64,000 nucleotides of DNA, from contig JBMOIP010000022.1 of the NCBI GenBank assembly GCA_049317265.1, positions 6,718-70,717 of the forward strand, written 5' to 3'. The stretch is from Bacteroidales bacterium (GTDB taxonomy: Bacteria > Bacteroidota > Bacteroidia > Bacteroidales > FEN-979). Shown in pieces: positions 15,429 to 23,527 of the stretch; the stretch's first letter is position 1; each line of letters opens with the position of its first letter. Under the pieces are notes generated by a model, which was not told the DNA's origin, did not search any database, and was given only the letters and a program-made list of their open reading frames with translations. The translations under genes were made by a program, and so were the position numbers.

Positions 15429-18400
15429 GTGTCAGGAAATTTCCACCCTATTCCATTGCCCGATCTTCTTCAAATGACCCTGTCAGGATTAAAACAGGAC
15501 CGTTTCATGGGAATCCCGGGAAATTTGTTTTATCGTCCGCAAACTGAGGACCATTTTGGACTCCGCAGGTACGGCCGTTATCTCGAAACACCCCTGGGTG
15601 TTGCCGCCGGACCCCATACACAACTAGCCCTGAATATCGTGGCTGCCTGGCTTTGCGGTGCACGCTATATCGAGCTGAAGACCATTCAAACCCTGGATGA
15701 GCTGGAGGTTTCAAAACCCTGTATCGACATGCAGGATGAGGGCTACAATTGTGAATGGTCACAGGAATTGAAAGTACATGAATCATTTACCGAGTACCTG
15801 GATGCCTGGGTACTGATCCACATCCTCCGGAAGGAGCTCGGTTTCAAAGGGGAATGCGGAACCCTTTTCAACATGAGTGCCGGGTACAACCTCGATGGGA
15901 TCCTGAACGACAATGTTCAATGGTTTTTTGATAAAATGCTGGACTGTACCGAAGAACTCGCCAAAGCAAAGAGCACCGTCCGCTCCTTTTATCCTGAAAT
16001 CGATGAAATCGATATTCCCGTATGCATCTCTGACCATATTACGCTGAGCACCATGCATGGGTGTCCACCCGACGAGATCGAAAAGATCGGGCTATACCTC
16101 ATCCGGGAGAAAAAACTGCACACCACCATCAAGCTCAATCCAACCTTGCTGGGTGCTGATGAACTCCGCAGCCTGCTGAACACGAAACTGGGATTTTCCA
16201 CAGAAGTGCCCGATCTTGCCTTTGAGCACGACCTAAAGTATCCAGATGCCCTGAAAATCCTGGCATCGCTGAGTGCAGCCTCCGTTGAAAACAACCTGCA
16301 ATTCGGGATCAAACTCACCAATACACTGGAGAGTGTAAACAACAAAGATGTTTTTGGTTCGTCGGAACCCATGATGTACATGAGCGGAAGGGCGCTCCAC
16401 CCGATCAGCATCCTGCTGGCACGCAAGCTCCAAAATGATCATGACGGGGCCCTTGATGTCTCCTTTTCGGCCGGGGTTGACTGTTTCAACATTGCCGACG
16501 TGCTCGCCTGCGGGATGAAGCCGGTAACAGTTTGCACCGACCTGCTCAAGCCCGGAGGTTATGGGCGGCTTCACCAGTATATTGAGAACCTTCGCACTGA
16601 ATTTGAGCTTAAACAGGCTGATTCCATCGATTCCTATATTTCAAAGGTTGCCGGTTCTTCAGATCCTGTTCCCATGGCGGCGCTTCGTAACCTGAATCAT
16701 TATGCCGGCCGGGTGGCAGATAATAGGGCGTATCATAAAAACTCGTTGTCAGATCCATCGATCAAAACCACCCGCGAACTTGGCTGGTTTGACTGTATTC
16801 ATGCACCCTGCACTGATACCTGTCCTACTAACCAGGATATCCCCGAATATTTGTATCACACGGCTCATGAAGATATCCCTTCGGCATTTGAGGCCATCTT
16901 CCGTACCAACCCGTTCCCTTCGGTTACCGGCATGGTGTGCGACCACCTGTGCCAGTTGAAATGCACGAGGATCAACTATGATGAAGCGCTGCATATCCGG
17001 GAGATTAAACGGTTTGTAGCTGAAAATGCTTCTGCCGGTATGGGAGTTGAAAACACAGATGCTGCTATCCCTGCTCCTCCAGGTATAAGTAAACGTGCTG
17101 CCATCATCGGGGCAGGTCCGGCCGGGTTATCCTGTGGCTGGTTTTTAAGAAAGACCGGCTTTGAAGTGGACGTTTTTGAGCAGAAAAATCTTGCCGGTGG
17201 GATGGTTTCCGCCGCAATCCCTTCGTTCCGGCTTACCTCTGAGGCCATTGAAACAGATATTCAGCGCATCCTTGCTTCCGGGGTTCATCTGCATGATCAT
17301 CATGTGATTGACAAAAGCCGTTTCGAGTCACTCCTGCAAGATTATGATACCATTTTTCTCGCTGCCGGAGCACAGAAATCGGTGAAGCTTAATATTGAAG
17401 GTGTTGATTCAGTGGGTGTGGTCGATCCCCTTGAGTTTTTATTTGAGGTGAAGGAAAAAGGTAAAACACTCGACGGGCAGCATGTTGTCATCATCGGAGG
17501 CGGGAATACCGCCATGGATGCCGCACGCACAGCGTACAGACTTGTAGGGAAGACCGGCAGCGTAACCATTATTTACCGGCGTACCATCAGGGAGATGCCC
17601 GCCGACCAGGGCGAAATTGAAGCGGTCAGGGAAGAGGGCATCACCATCATGGAACTTGTTAACCCGGTTCGTGTTCAGTCGGTCGGCGGAAAAGTTACAC
17701 GCATTGTATGTTCACGCAACACCCTTTCTGTAAAAGGCAAGGATGGCAGGCCATCCCCGGTGCTTATCCCCGGTTCGGAATTTGAGATATCCTGTGATAC
17801 CATTATCCCGGCCATAGGACAGGAACTGTCCATAGATTTTCTTGCCAATGAACAGTTAAAAACCAAACCCGGGAGTTACCAGACACTCATACCGAAATTG
17901 TTTATCGGCGGCGATGCCCTGCGTGGTGCTTCCACCGCCATCAATGCCATTGGCGACGGGCGGAAAGCGGCCCTTGAGATGGTGGCAGGCATCTCTCCAA
18001 TATCATCTTCTCCAAAGAGCAAAGAGAGGATGAATAAAAGTTTTCCTGACCTGCTCAAACTCAAAGCAACAAGGGAGTATGGTTTCAAACCATTGGAAAC
18101 CGCTCTTGAGAACCGGCAGAATTTTAATATGGTGATCTCCTCCCTCTCCGCGGAGGAGGCGAAAAAGGAGGCAGCGCGGTGCCTGCATTGTGATGAAATT
18201 TGCAATGTCTGTGTTTCTGTTTGTCCCAACCTGGCTAACTTCGGATACCAGGTTGAACCGGTTTTTTACAACCTGGAGAAGGCGGTTCTGAAGGAGGATG
18301 GAGTTGTTGCATTTGAAAAAGATAAGGTTTTCGGTGTTGATCAGCAGTTTCAGATCCTGAACATCCGTGATCTGTGCAATGAATGCGGAAACTGTTCGAC

Positions 18401-18728
18401 ATTTTGCCCAAGCAGCGGGAAACCATTCGCCGACAAACCCGGGGTCCACCTTTCGGTAAAATCGCTGAACCAGGAAGGAGTTGGTTTTTACCTGAGCCGG
18501 CTGCCCGATAAACTGGTGTTGATTTACAAGGAGAAGGAGAGTATCCGGACGCTGACCTTGACAGGTGGTACGTTTTTGTATGAGACGAACCAGGTGAAGG
18601 CAAAAATCAGCCCGGAGAACTTCAATCTGCTTGAGGTAAAATTTCTGACACCTTGTGTGAAGGAGGTGCATTTTGAGTTTGCGGCGGAGATGAGTGTGAT
18701 CATGAGAGGAATATTGAATATTGATTAA
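15429..18728 (+). CDS. ygfK: YgfK-type Fe-S/FAD oxidoreductase ('putative selenate reductase subunit YgfK' family)
   Basis: 1099 aa. The N-terminus 'FHPIPLPDLLQMTL...FMGIPGNLFYRP' parallels what I recall of the E. coli YgfK N-terminus. A DHOD/DPD-like TIM barrel is followed by a Cys cluster ('CIHAPCTDTCP', 'CDHLC'). Next come a GltD-like 'AIIGAGPAGLSCG' and a second 'VVIIGGGNTAMDAA' dinucleotide fold, then C-terminal ferredoxin motifs ('CLHCDEICNVCVSVCP', 'CNECGNCSTFCP'). Confidence 0.88.
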   Translation: MSGNFHPIPLPDLLQMTLSGLKQDRFMGIPGNLFYRPQTEDHFGLRRYGRYLETPLGVAAGPHTQLALNIVAAWLCGARYIELKTIQTLDELEVSKPCIDMQDEGYNCEWSQELKVHESFTEYLDAWVLIHILRKELGFKGECGTLFNMSAGYNLDGILNDNVQWFFDKMLDCTEELAKAKSTVRSFYPEIDEIDIPVCISDHITLSTMHGCPPDEIEKIGLYLIREKKLHTTIKLNPTLLGADELRSLLNTKLGFSTEVPDLAFEHDLKYPDALKILASLSAASVENNLQFGIKLTNTLESVNNKDVFGSSEPMMYMSGRALHPISILLARKLQNDHDGALDVSFSAGVDCFNIADVLACGMKPVTVCTDLLKPGGYGRLHQYIENLRTEFELKQADSIDSYISKVAGSSDPVPMAALRNLNHYAGRVADNRAYHKNSLSDPSIKTTRELGWFDCIHAPCTDTCPTNQDIPEYLYHTAHEDIPSAFEAIFRTNPFPSVTGMVCDHLCQLKCTRINYDEALHIREIKRFVAENASAGMGVENTDAAIPAPPGISKRAAIIGAGPAGLSCGWFLRKTGFEVDVFEQKNLAGGMVSAAIPSFRLTSEAIETDIQRILASGVHLHDHHVIDKSRFESLLQDYDTIFLAAGAQKSVKLNIEGVDSVGVVDPLEFLFEVKEKGKTLDGQHVVIIGGGNTAMDAARTAYRLVGKTGSVTIIYRRTIREMPADQGEIEAVREEGITIMELVNPVRVQSVGGKVTRIVCSRNTLSVKGKDGRPSPVLIPGSEFEISCDTIIPAIGQELSIDFLANEQLKTKPGSYQTLIPKLFIGGDALRGASTAINAIGDGRKAALEMVAGISPISSSPKSKERMNKSFPDLLKLKATREYGFKPLETALENRQNFNMVISSLSAEEAKKEAARCLHCDEICNVCVSVCPNLANFGYQVEPVFYNLEKAVLKEDGVVAFEKDKVFGVDQQFQILNIRDLCNECGNCSTFCPSSGKPFADKPGVHLSVKSLNQEGVGFYLSRLPDKLVLIYKEKESIRTLTLTGGTFLYETNQVKAKISPENFNLLEVKFLTPCVKEVHFEFAAEMSVIMRGILNID

Positions 18729-18772
18729 CGAATATTGAAGTTTGAATTAGGAAAAGTTAAACCAAAGTTATT

Positions 18773-20245
18773 ATGATACCAATTACAAATGAAGTTGTTG
18801 ATCAGCTAGTATTGCAGAAAGCAGTAGATCATTATCGTGAAAAGGGCATTATTCTGCCCACCTTTGCGCAGATGCAGAACCCTGACCTGATTCCGGGCAG
18901 CATCAAGGATAAATTGAAAAACATTGGCTTATGGGACCTCCATCCGCTGAATTTATTCCGGATTACCTGGAAAAATGAGCCAAAAGCAACGGGTGGTCTT
19001 TACGGCGCCCCGAATTTCATTGTGTTGCCAAAATCACTCACCGGGATCGATGCCCGCATCATTGTAATGCTCGGCAAATGGTTCCCAACCGGTGCACATA
19101 AGGTTGGAGCAGCCTATGGCTGCCTTGCTCCGAGGATCATCACCGGCGGATTTGATCCCACCTATCACAAGGCGGTATGGCCATCCACAGGGAACTATTG
19201 CCGTGGAGGCGCTTTCGACTCCTATCTCATGGATGTGACGGCAGTGGCCATTCTCCCCGAGGAGATGAGCCGTGAACGATTTGCCTGGCTCAAAGAGATT
19301 GGAGCGGAGGTGATCGCCACCCCTGGGTGTGAATCGAATGTGAAGGAGATTTACGACAAATGCTGGGAGATCAAGCGGACCAGGAAGGATTGCATGGTTT
19401 TCAACCAGTTCGAGGAGTTTGGAAACTCTTGCTGGCACTATGAAGTAACCGGAAATGCCATTGAAGAGGCATTCCGGATGGTTGCTGGGAATGATGCACA
19501 AATGGCAGCTTATATCTCAGCTACAGGTTCGGCCGGGACAATAGCGGCAGGTGACTACCTCCGTACAAAATTCCCCCACATGAAAGTGGTTGCATCGGAA
19601 GCTTTGCAATGTCCAACCCTGCTGATGAATGGCTTTGGGGGCCACCGGATCGAAGGAATCGGCGACAAGCACGTTCCCTGGATCCATAATGTTAAAAATA
19701 CTGACGTGGTGACCGCCATAGATGATGAGGATTGTATGCGCCTGCTCAGGCTTTTCAATGAAACAGAGGGACATGAATACCTTGCCGGAAACGGTGTTGA
19801 TAAGGAACTGCTGCAAAAGCTTAACACGATTGGTATTTCAGGTATCGGCAACATCCTTTCGGCCATCAAAACGGCGAAGCATTTTGAGTATACCAGTGAA
19901 GACGTCATGGTGACCATTGCCACCGATTCGGCCGAAATGTATGGTTCAAGGTTGGAGGAACTTACCGCAGAACGCGGATCCTATAATTTCCTGCAGGCAG
20001 CCAAAGATCATGAAAAATGCATGATGGGAACAGCTCCATCGACCATGAAAGAGCTTGGCTACAATGACCGGAAAGCGATTCACAACCTGAAGTATTTTAC
20101 GTGGATCGAGCAGCAGGGCAAGGAGGTGGAGGATCTCCGTCAACTTTGGGATGACCGTCATATCTGGCCGCAGATATTCAGCCAGCCCGCCCGCTGGGAT
20201 GAACTGATCAATGAATTCAATGAAAGGACGGGACTGTTAAAATAG
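18773..20245 (+). CDS. Fold-type II PLP enzyme, TrpB-like lysine motif, 490 aa (function unassigned)
   Basis: 'FPTGAHKVGAAYG' resembles the TrpB 'TGAHK' Schiff-base motif. 'SATGSAGTIAAG' is a Gly-rich phosphate loop. There is a ~110-aa C-terminal extension. Confidence 0.75.
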   Translation: MIPITNEVVDQLVLQKAVDHYREKGIILPTFAQMQNPDLIPGSIKDKLKNIGLWDLHPLNLFRITWKNEPKATGGLYGAPNFIVLPKSLTGIDARIIVMLGKWFPTGAHKVGAAYGCLAPRIITGGFDPTYHKAVWPSTGNYCRGGAFDSYLMDVTAVAILPEEMSRERFAWLKEIGAEVIATPGCESNVKEIYDKCWEIKRTRKDCMVFNQFEEFGNSCWHYEVTGNAIEEAFRMVAGNDAQMAAYISATGSAGTIAAGDYLRTKFPHMKVVASEALQCPTLLMNGFGGHRIEGIGDKHVPWIHNVKNTDVVTAIDDEDCMRLLRLFNETEGHEYLAGNGVDKELLQKLNTIGISGIGNILSAIKTAKHFEYTSEDVMVTIATDSAEMYGSRLEELTAERGSYNFLQAAKDHEKCMMGTAPSTMKELGYNDRKAIHNLKYFTWIEQQGKEVEDLRQLWDDRHIWPQIFSQPARWDELINEFNERTGLLK

Positions 20246-20272
20246 GAGTTTAAGCAATATAAACTGAACATC

Positions 20273-20722
20273 ATGAGTTGGGTCAGAATCTGGGTCCATT
20301 TAGTGTTTTCAACAAAAAACAGGGAACCATTTCTCTATTCAGTAGATTTGAGAAAACAGTTCTTTCAACACATCAAGAAAAATGCAGAAGAAAAACAGAT
20401 TTGGCTTGATTGTATCAATGGATATGCTGAACATGCCCATTGTCTGGTTTCACTTGGGAAAGATCAACCTGTGAGCAAGGTAGTCCAGCTTATTAAAGGT
20501 GAATCCTCTTTCTGGATCAATAATACCAAGCTGATCAAAGATAAATTTGCATGGCAGGATGATTATTGGGCTGTGGGTATAAGCGAAAGTCACCTGGATA
20601 AAGTTCGGCATTATATTCACAACCAGGAAAAACACCATGGGTCAAAGACATTCTCAGAGGAGTTGACAGAATTTATGGATAAATATGGGTGGAAATTTGT
20701 TCAGCACACAAGAGACACATAA
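20273..20722 (+). CDS. REP-associated tyrosine transposase (IS200/Y1 HUH family, RAYT type)
   Basis: 'WVHLVFSTKNREP', the HUH motif 'HAHCLVSL' and the catalytic-Tyr motif 'RHYIHNQEKHH'. No partner tnpB. Hairpin repeats lie immediately 3'. Confidence 0.85.
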   Translation: MSWVRIWVHLVFSTKNREPFLYSVDLRKQFFQHIKKNAEEKQIWLDCINGYAEHAHCLVSLGKDQPVSKVVQLIKGESSFWINNTKLIKDKFAWQDDYWAVGISESHLDKVRHYIHNQEKHHGSKTFSEELTEFMDKYGWKFVQHTRDT

Positions 20723-20769
20723 AACAATTGATGTGGCTAAAGCCGAGGAAATTGAATCGCAATCTCAAC

Positions 20770-20787
20770 AGTTGGCTGAAGCCAACT
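20770..20787. repeat. REP hairpin AGTTGGC-TGAA-GCCAACT
   Basis: Perfect inverted repeat read directly. Preceded at 20725-20733 by CAATTGATG. Confidence 0.8.
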
Positions 20788-20876
20788 GCAATAGATGAGG
20801 TGGTTGATAGTTTCCAAATTTTTAGCTGTCATCAATAGAATGCCAAGCGAAATATTGGGTTGTCTAACTTTCATAC

Positions 20877-21140
20877 CCATTGCAGTCAACTTTAGTACAA
20901 CAACTGCAGTAAATAAGATTGTGAAAGTTGTATGTCCATTACAGTCAGCTTTAGCATAACAACTGCAATAAATAGGACTGTGAAAGTTGTATATCCATTG
21001 CAGTCAGCTTTAGCATAACAACTGCAATAAATAGGACTGTGAAAGGTGTCATATCCATTGCAGCCAGCTTTAGCATAACAACTGCAATAAATACGACTGT
21101 GAAAGGTGTCATATCCATTGCAGTCAGCTTTAGCTGACTG
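20877..21140. repeat. Tandem array, 4 full units of 59/60 bp plus a terminal canonical hairpin
   Basis: Units start at 20877, 20936, 20995, 21055 and 21115. Each has ATTGCAGT(N16)ACTGCAAT. The last unit instead has CAGTCAGC-TTTA-GCTGACTG. Confidence 0.9.
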
Positions 21141-21186
21141 TTTGAAGGGTGATAGGATCAAATTGGGGCTTTAGCCCCATGATTTA
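21115..21186 (+). repeat. Left copy of ~72-bp two-hairpin direct repeat
   Basis: ccattgcagtcagctttagctgactg...aaattggggctttagccccatgattta. About 58 of 73 hand-aligned positions match the copy at 22138-22210. Confidence 0.8.
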
Positions 21187-21245
21187 AAAGAGATACATTA
21201 ATTTCGCTGACTGAAACCTCCATCAATAAAAAAAAGTGATCGATT

Positions 21246-22109
21246 ATGAAATACGGAAAGACAATAAAAATATTTCTCATTGATGGAGATCCTAATGGTC
21301 GAATGAGTTGTGAACTATCAAATTGGTCGGGAAAAGCATATAAAATTCCAAGAATTAAGATTAAGGATTGTTTTGACCGGGAGGACCTTTTAAGTACTGC
21401 GGTATATCTGCTTTTCGGTAAAGACGAAGAAGGGAAAGACCAGGTTTATATTGGAGAAGCAGAAACCATCTTAAAAAGATTGAACCAACATATAGCCCAA
21501 AAGGATTTTTGGAATGAAACAATTGTGTTTATCAGCAAGGACGAAAACTTGAATAAAGCCCATATAAAATACCTTGAAAATCGTCTTTACGACATCGCTA
21601 AAAAAGCTAAACGTTATAAAATTGAAAACACGGTAACACCGACTCAATCTTCCATTTCTGAATCGGACAGAGCTGAAATGGAAGAATTTATTGAAAATAT
21701 TATGATGCTTGTTAATACGCTTGGACACAAGGTGTTTGATGAAAAAAGAGAATTTAAATCGAAGCAAAAGGCAGAAATATTTTTTATAAAAGCTCAAAGA
21801 GGTGCTGATGCGCAGGGTGTTTTAACTTCTGACGGTTTTGTCGTATTAAAAGGCTCCAGGATTGCGGCTTCCACAGTTACATCGATGACTCAGAATTACC
21901 TCAACCTAAGACAGCAACTGATAGAAAAAGGGTTACTTAAGGAGGATGAAAAATGGATAGAATTCCCGGAAGATTATATTTTCAGTAGTCCTTCAAGTGC
22001 CGCATCGATAGTCCTGGGGCGAAATGCAAATGGTCTTACTGAATGGAAATTACCAGATGGAACAACATTGAAAGGATTTGAGTCCAATGAGAAAGCACAT
22101 GAATTGTAA
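21246..22109 (+). CDS. GIY-YIG nuclease-domain protein with C-terminal DUF4357-like domain
   Basis: 'AVYLLFG...QVYIGEAETILKRLNQH...KYLENRLY' carries the GIY, YIG, R and E/N elements. The C-terminal 'FSSPSSAASIVLGRNANGLTEWK' is what I remember as the DUF4357 signature. AT-rich codon usage. Confidence 0.75.
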   Translation: MKYGKTIKIFLIDGDPNGRMSCELSNWSGKAYKIPRIKIKDCFDREDLLSTAVYLLFGKDEEGKDQVYIGEAETILKRLNQHIAQKDFWNETIVFISKDENLNKAHIKYLENRLYDIAKKAKRYKIENTVTPTQSSISESDRAEMEEFIENIMMLVNTLGHKVFDEKREFKSKQKAEIFFIKAQRGADAQGVLTSDGFVVLKGSRIAASTVTSMTQNYLNLRQQLIEKGLLKEDEKWIEFPEDYIFSSPSSAASIVLGRNANGLTEWKLPDGTTLKGFESNEKAHEL

Positions 22110-22137
22110 CATTTCCAGACTAAAGGAGAATATCATC

Positions 22138-22210
22138 CCTTGCAGCCAACTTCAGCTGACTGTGTCTAAGGGGGAAAGATGCAAATTGGGGCTTCAGCCC
22201 CATCATTAAT
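22138..22210 (+). repeat. Right copy of ~72-bp two-hairpin direct repeat
   Basis: cccttgcagccaacttcagctgactg...aaattggggcttcagccccatcattaa. Confidence 0.8.
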
Positions 22211-22239
22211 ACAAGGTAGTCAAGTCAGAAATTGAAAAT

Positions 22240-23520
22240 ATGCCTGATAAATTTCATTTCCAATGCGTCGACTGTAACGCAGAATATGCGGGGGACAAGG
22301 TTATTTACCTTTGCCCCGCATGCGATATGCAGAACAAAGCTGGCGAACCACCACGGGGTGTGCTGAAAACTGTTTATCCTTATGACAAGATTAGCGGGAT
22401 GTATAAGTCCGGTGAACTGTTTGATAACCTGGAGCAGGACCGTTTTCTTCCATTACTTCCGTTGAGGAGCCTGGAGGCATGGACGGGGCTGAGGGTTGGG
22501 GGAACGCCGTTGTACAGGGCGGACAGGCGGGCGGGCGGACGGGCGGACGGGCGGACAGGCGGACAGGTGTACCTGAAGGATGATTCGCAGAATCCGACTT
22601 TTTCCTTCAAGGACAGGGCTTCGGCGCTGGTATCTGCCTGGGCGAAGGAGCATGGAATTTCAACATTGGTGGCTGCTTCAACAGGAAATGCGGGATCATC
22701 CCTTGCCGGTATTTGCGCTTCACAGGGGCAACGGGCCATGATCGTTGTTCCGGCGGCAGCGCCGTTGGCTAAACTTACGCAGATCCTGATGTATGGCGCT
22801 TTCCTGGTTCCGGTAAAAGGCACCTACGACGATGCCTTTGACCTGAGTGTGCAGATCTCCGCAAAATATGGCTTCTACAACAGGAATACCGCCTATAATC
22901 CACTGACCATCGAAGGGAAGAAAACGGTCTCTTTCGAGATTTTCCGACAACTTGGCTGCCAGGTTCCCGACAGGATCTTCATCCCGGTAGGTGATGGTGT
23001 CATTTACTCCGGTGTTTGCAAGGGATTTGAAGATCTTCTGAACCTTGGAATCATAGACCGGATGCCGGTTCTTGTTGCAGTTCAGGCAGTTGGAAGCAGT
23101 AACCTGGTCAACAACCTTGACAACAAATCATTTACCGCAGTGCCATCAAAAACAATCGCTGATTCCATCTCTGTTGATGTGCCACGTTGTTTCAATATGA
23201 CGGCTCAGTATATAAAACAGTATCACGGGGAGTTCATCACGGTGACTGATACAGAGATCCTCGAAGCATCACTGAAGTTATCGGGATCGGCAGGAATATT
23301 TTCTGAACCAGCCGCTGTTGCAGCCTATGCGGGCATGTTGAAATACCGCGACCAGGGATTGCTCCGCGACGGATCAAAAAACGTGGTGCTGCTTACCGGA
23401 AGTGGCTTGAAAGACCTTTCGGCGGTTCAGTCGTCCATTTGGATTCCTGGTTCGATAATACCCAATCTTAATGCTGTTGAACACCTGATGGAAACCGGAC
23501 ATTTCAAGTTAGCCCAATAA
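22240..23520 (+). CDS. Threonine-synthase-like fold-type II PLP enzyme with N-terminal Zn ribbon
   Basis: 'FQCVDCNAEY...YLCPACD' is a CxxC...CxxC ribbon. 'NPTFSFKDRAS' holds the PLP lysine. 'AASTGNAGSSLAG' follows. Confidence 0.8.
   Translation: MPDKFHFQCVDCNAEYAGDKVIYLCPACDMQNKAGEPPRGVLKTVYPYDKISGMYKSGELFDNLEQDRFLPLLPLRSLEAWTGLRVGGTPLYRADRRAGGRADGRTGGQVYLKDDSQNPTFSFKDRASALVSAWAKEHGISTLVAASTGNAGSSLAGICASQGQRAMIVVPAAAPLAKLTQILMYGAFLVPVKGTYDDAFDLSVQISAKYGFYNRNTAYNPLTIEGKKTVSFEIFRQLGCQVPDRIFIPVGDGVIYSGVCKGFEDLLNLGIIDRMPVLVAVQAVGSSNLVNNLDNKSFTAVPSKTIADSISVDVPRCFNMTAQYIKQYHGEFITVTDTEILEASLKLSGSAGIFSEPAAVAAYAGMLKYRDQGLLRDGSKNVVLLTGSGLKDLSAVQSSIWIPGSIIPNLNAVEHLMETGHFKLAQ
22518..22565 (+). repeat. 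6 x 8-nt tandem repeat GGCGGACR (one GGCGGGCG variant) inside the CDS
   Basis: Read directly. It totals 48 nt, is in frame, and encodes 'ADRRAGGRADGRTGGQ'. Confidence 0.9.
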
Positions 23521-23527
23521 GGAAAAG

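Larger units (their letters stand above)
20273..22210 (+). mobile_element. Low-GC insertion: RAYT gene, REP/tandem hairpin array, GIY-YIG/DUF4357 gene bounded by direct repeats
   Basis: Visibly AT-richer than both flanks. It interrupts an otherwise contiguous + strand purine-catabolic gene run. Component features are listed separately. Confidence 0.55.

Noticed and set aside
20877-21140. Possible CRISPR array (regularly spaced ~60-bp periodicity)
   Set aside because: Consecutive units are contiguous and homologous over their whole 59-60 bp. There are no unique spacers and no cas genes in the window. It is a tandem repeat, not a repeat-spacer array.
20892-21161. 89-aa minus-strand ORF with CNGYDTFHS/IYCSCYAKA periodic sequence
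   Set aside because: Its periodicity is simply the translation of the 59/60-bp DNA tandem repeat. It has no promoter or start context and lies wholly inside the REP array.
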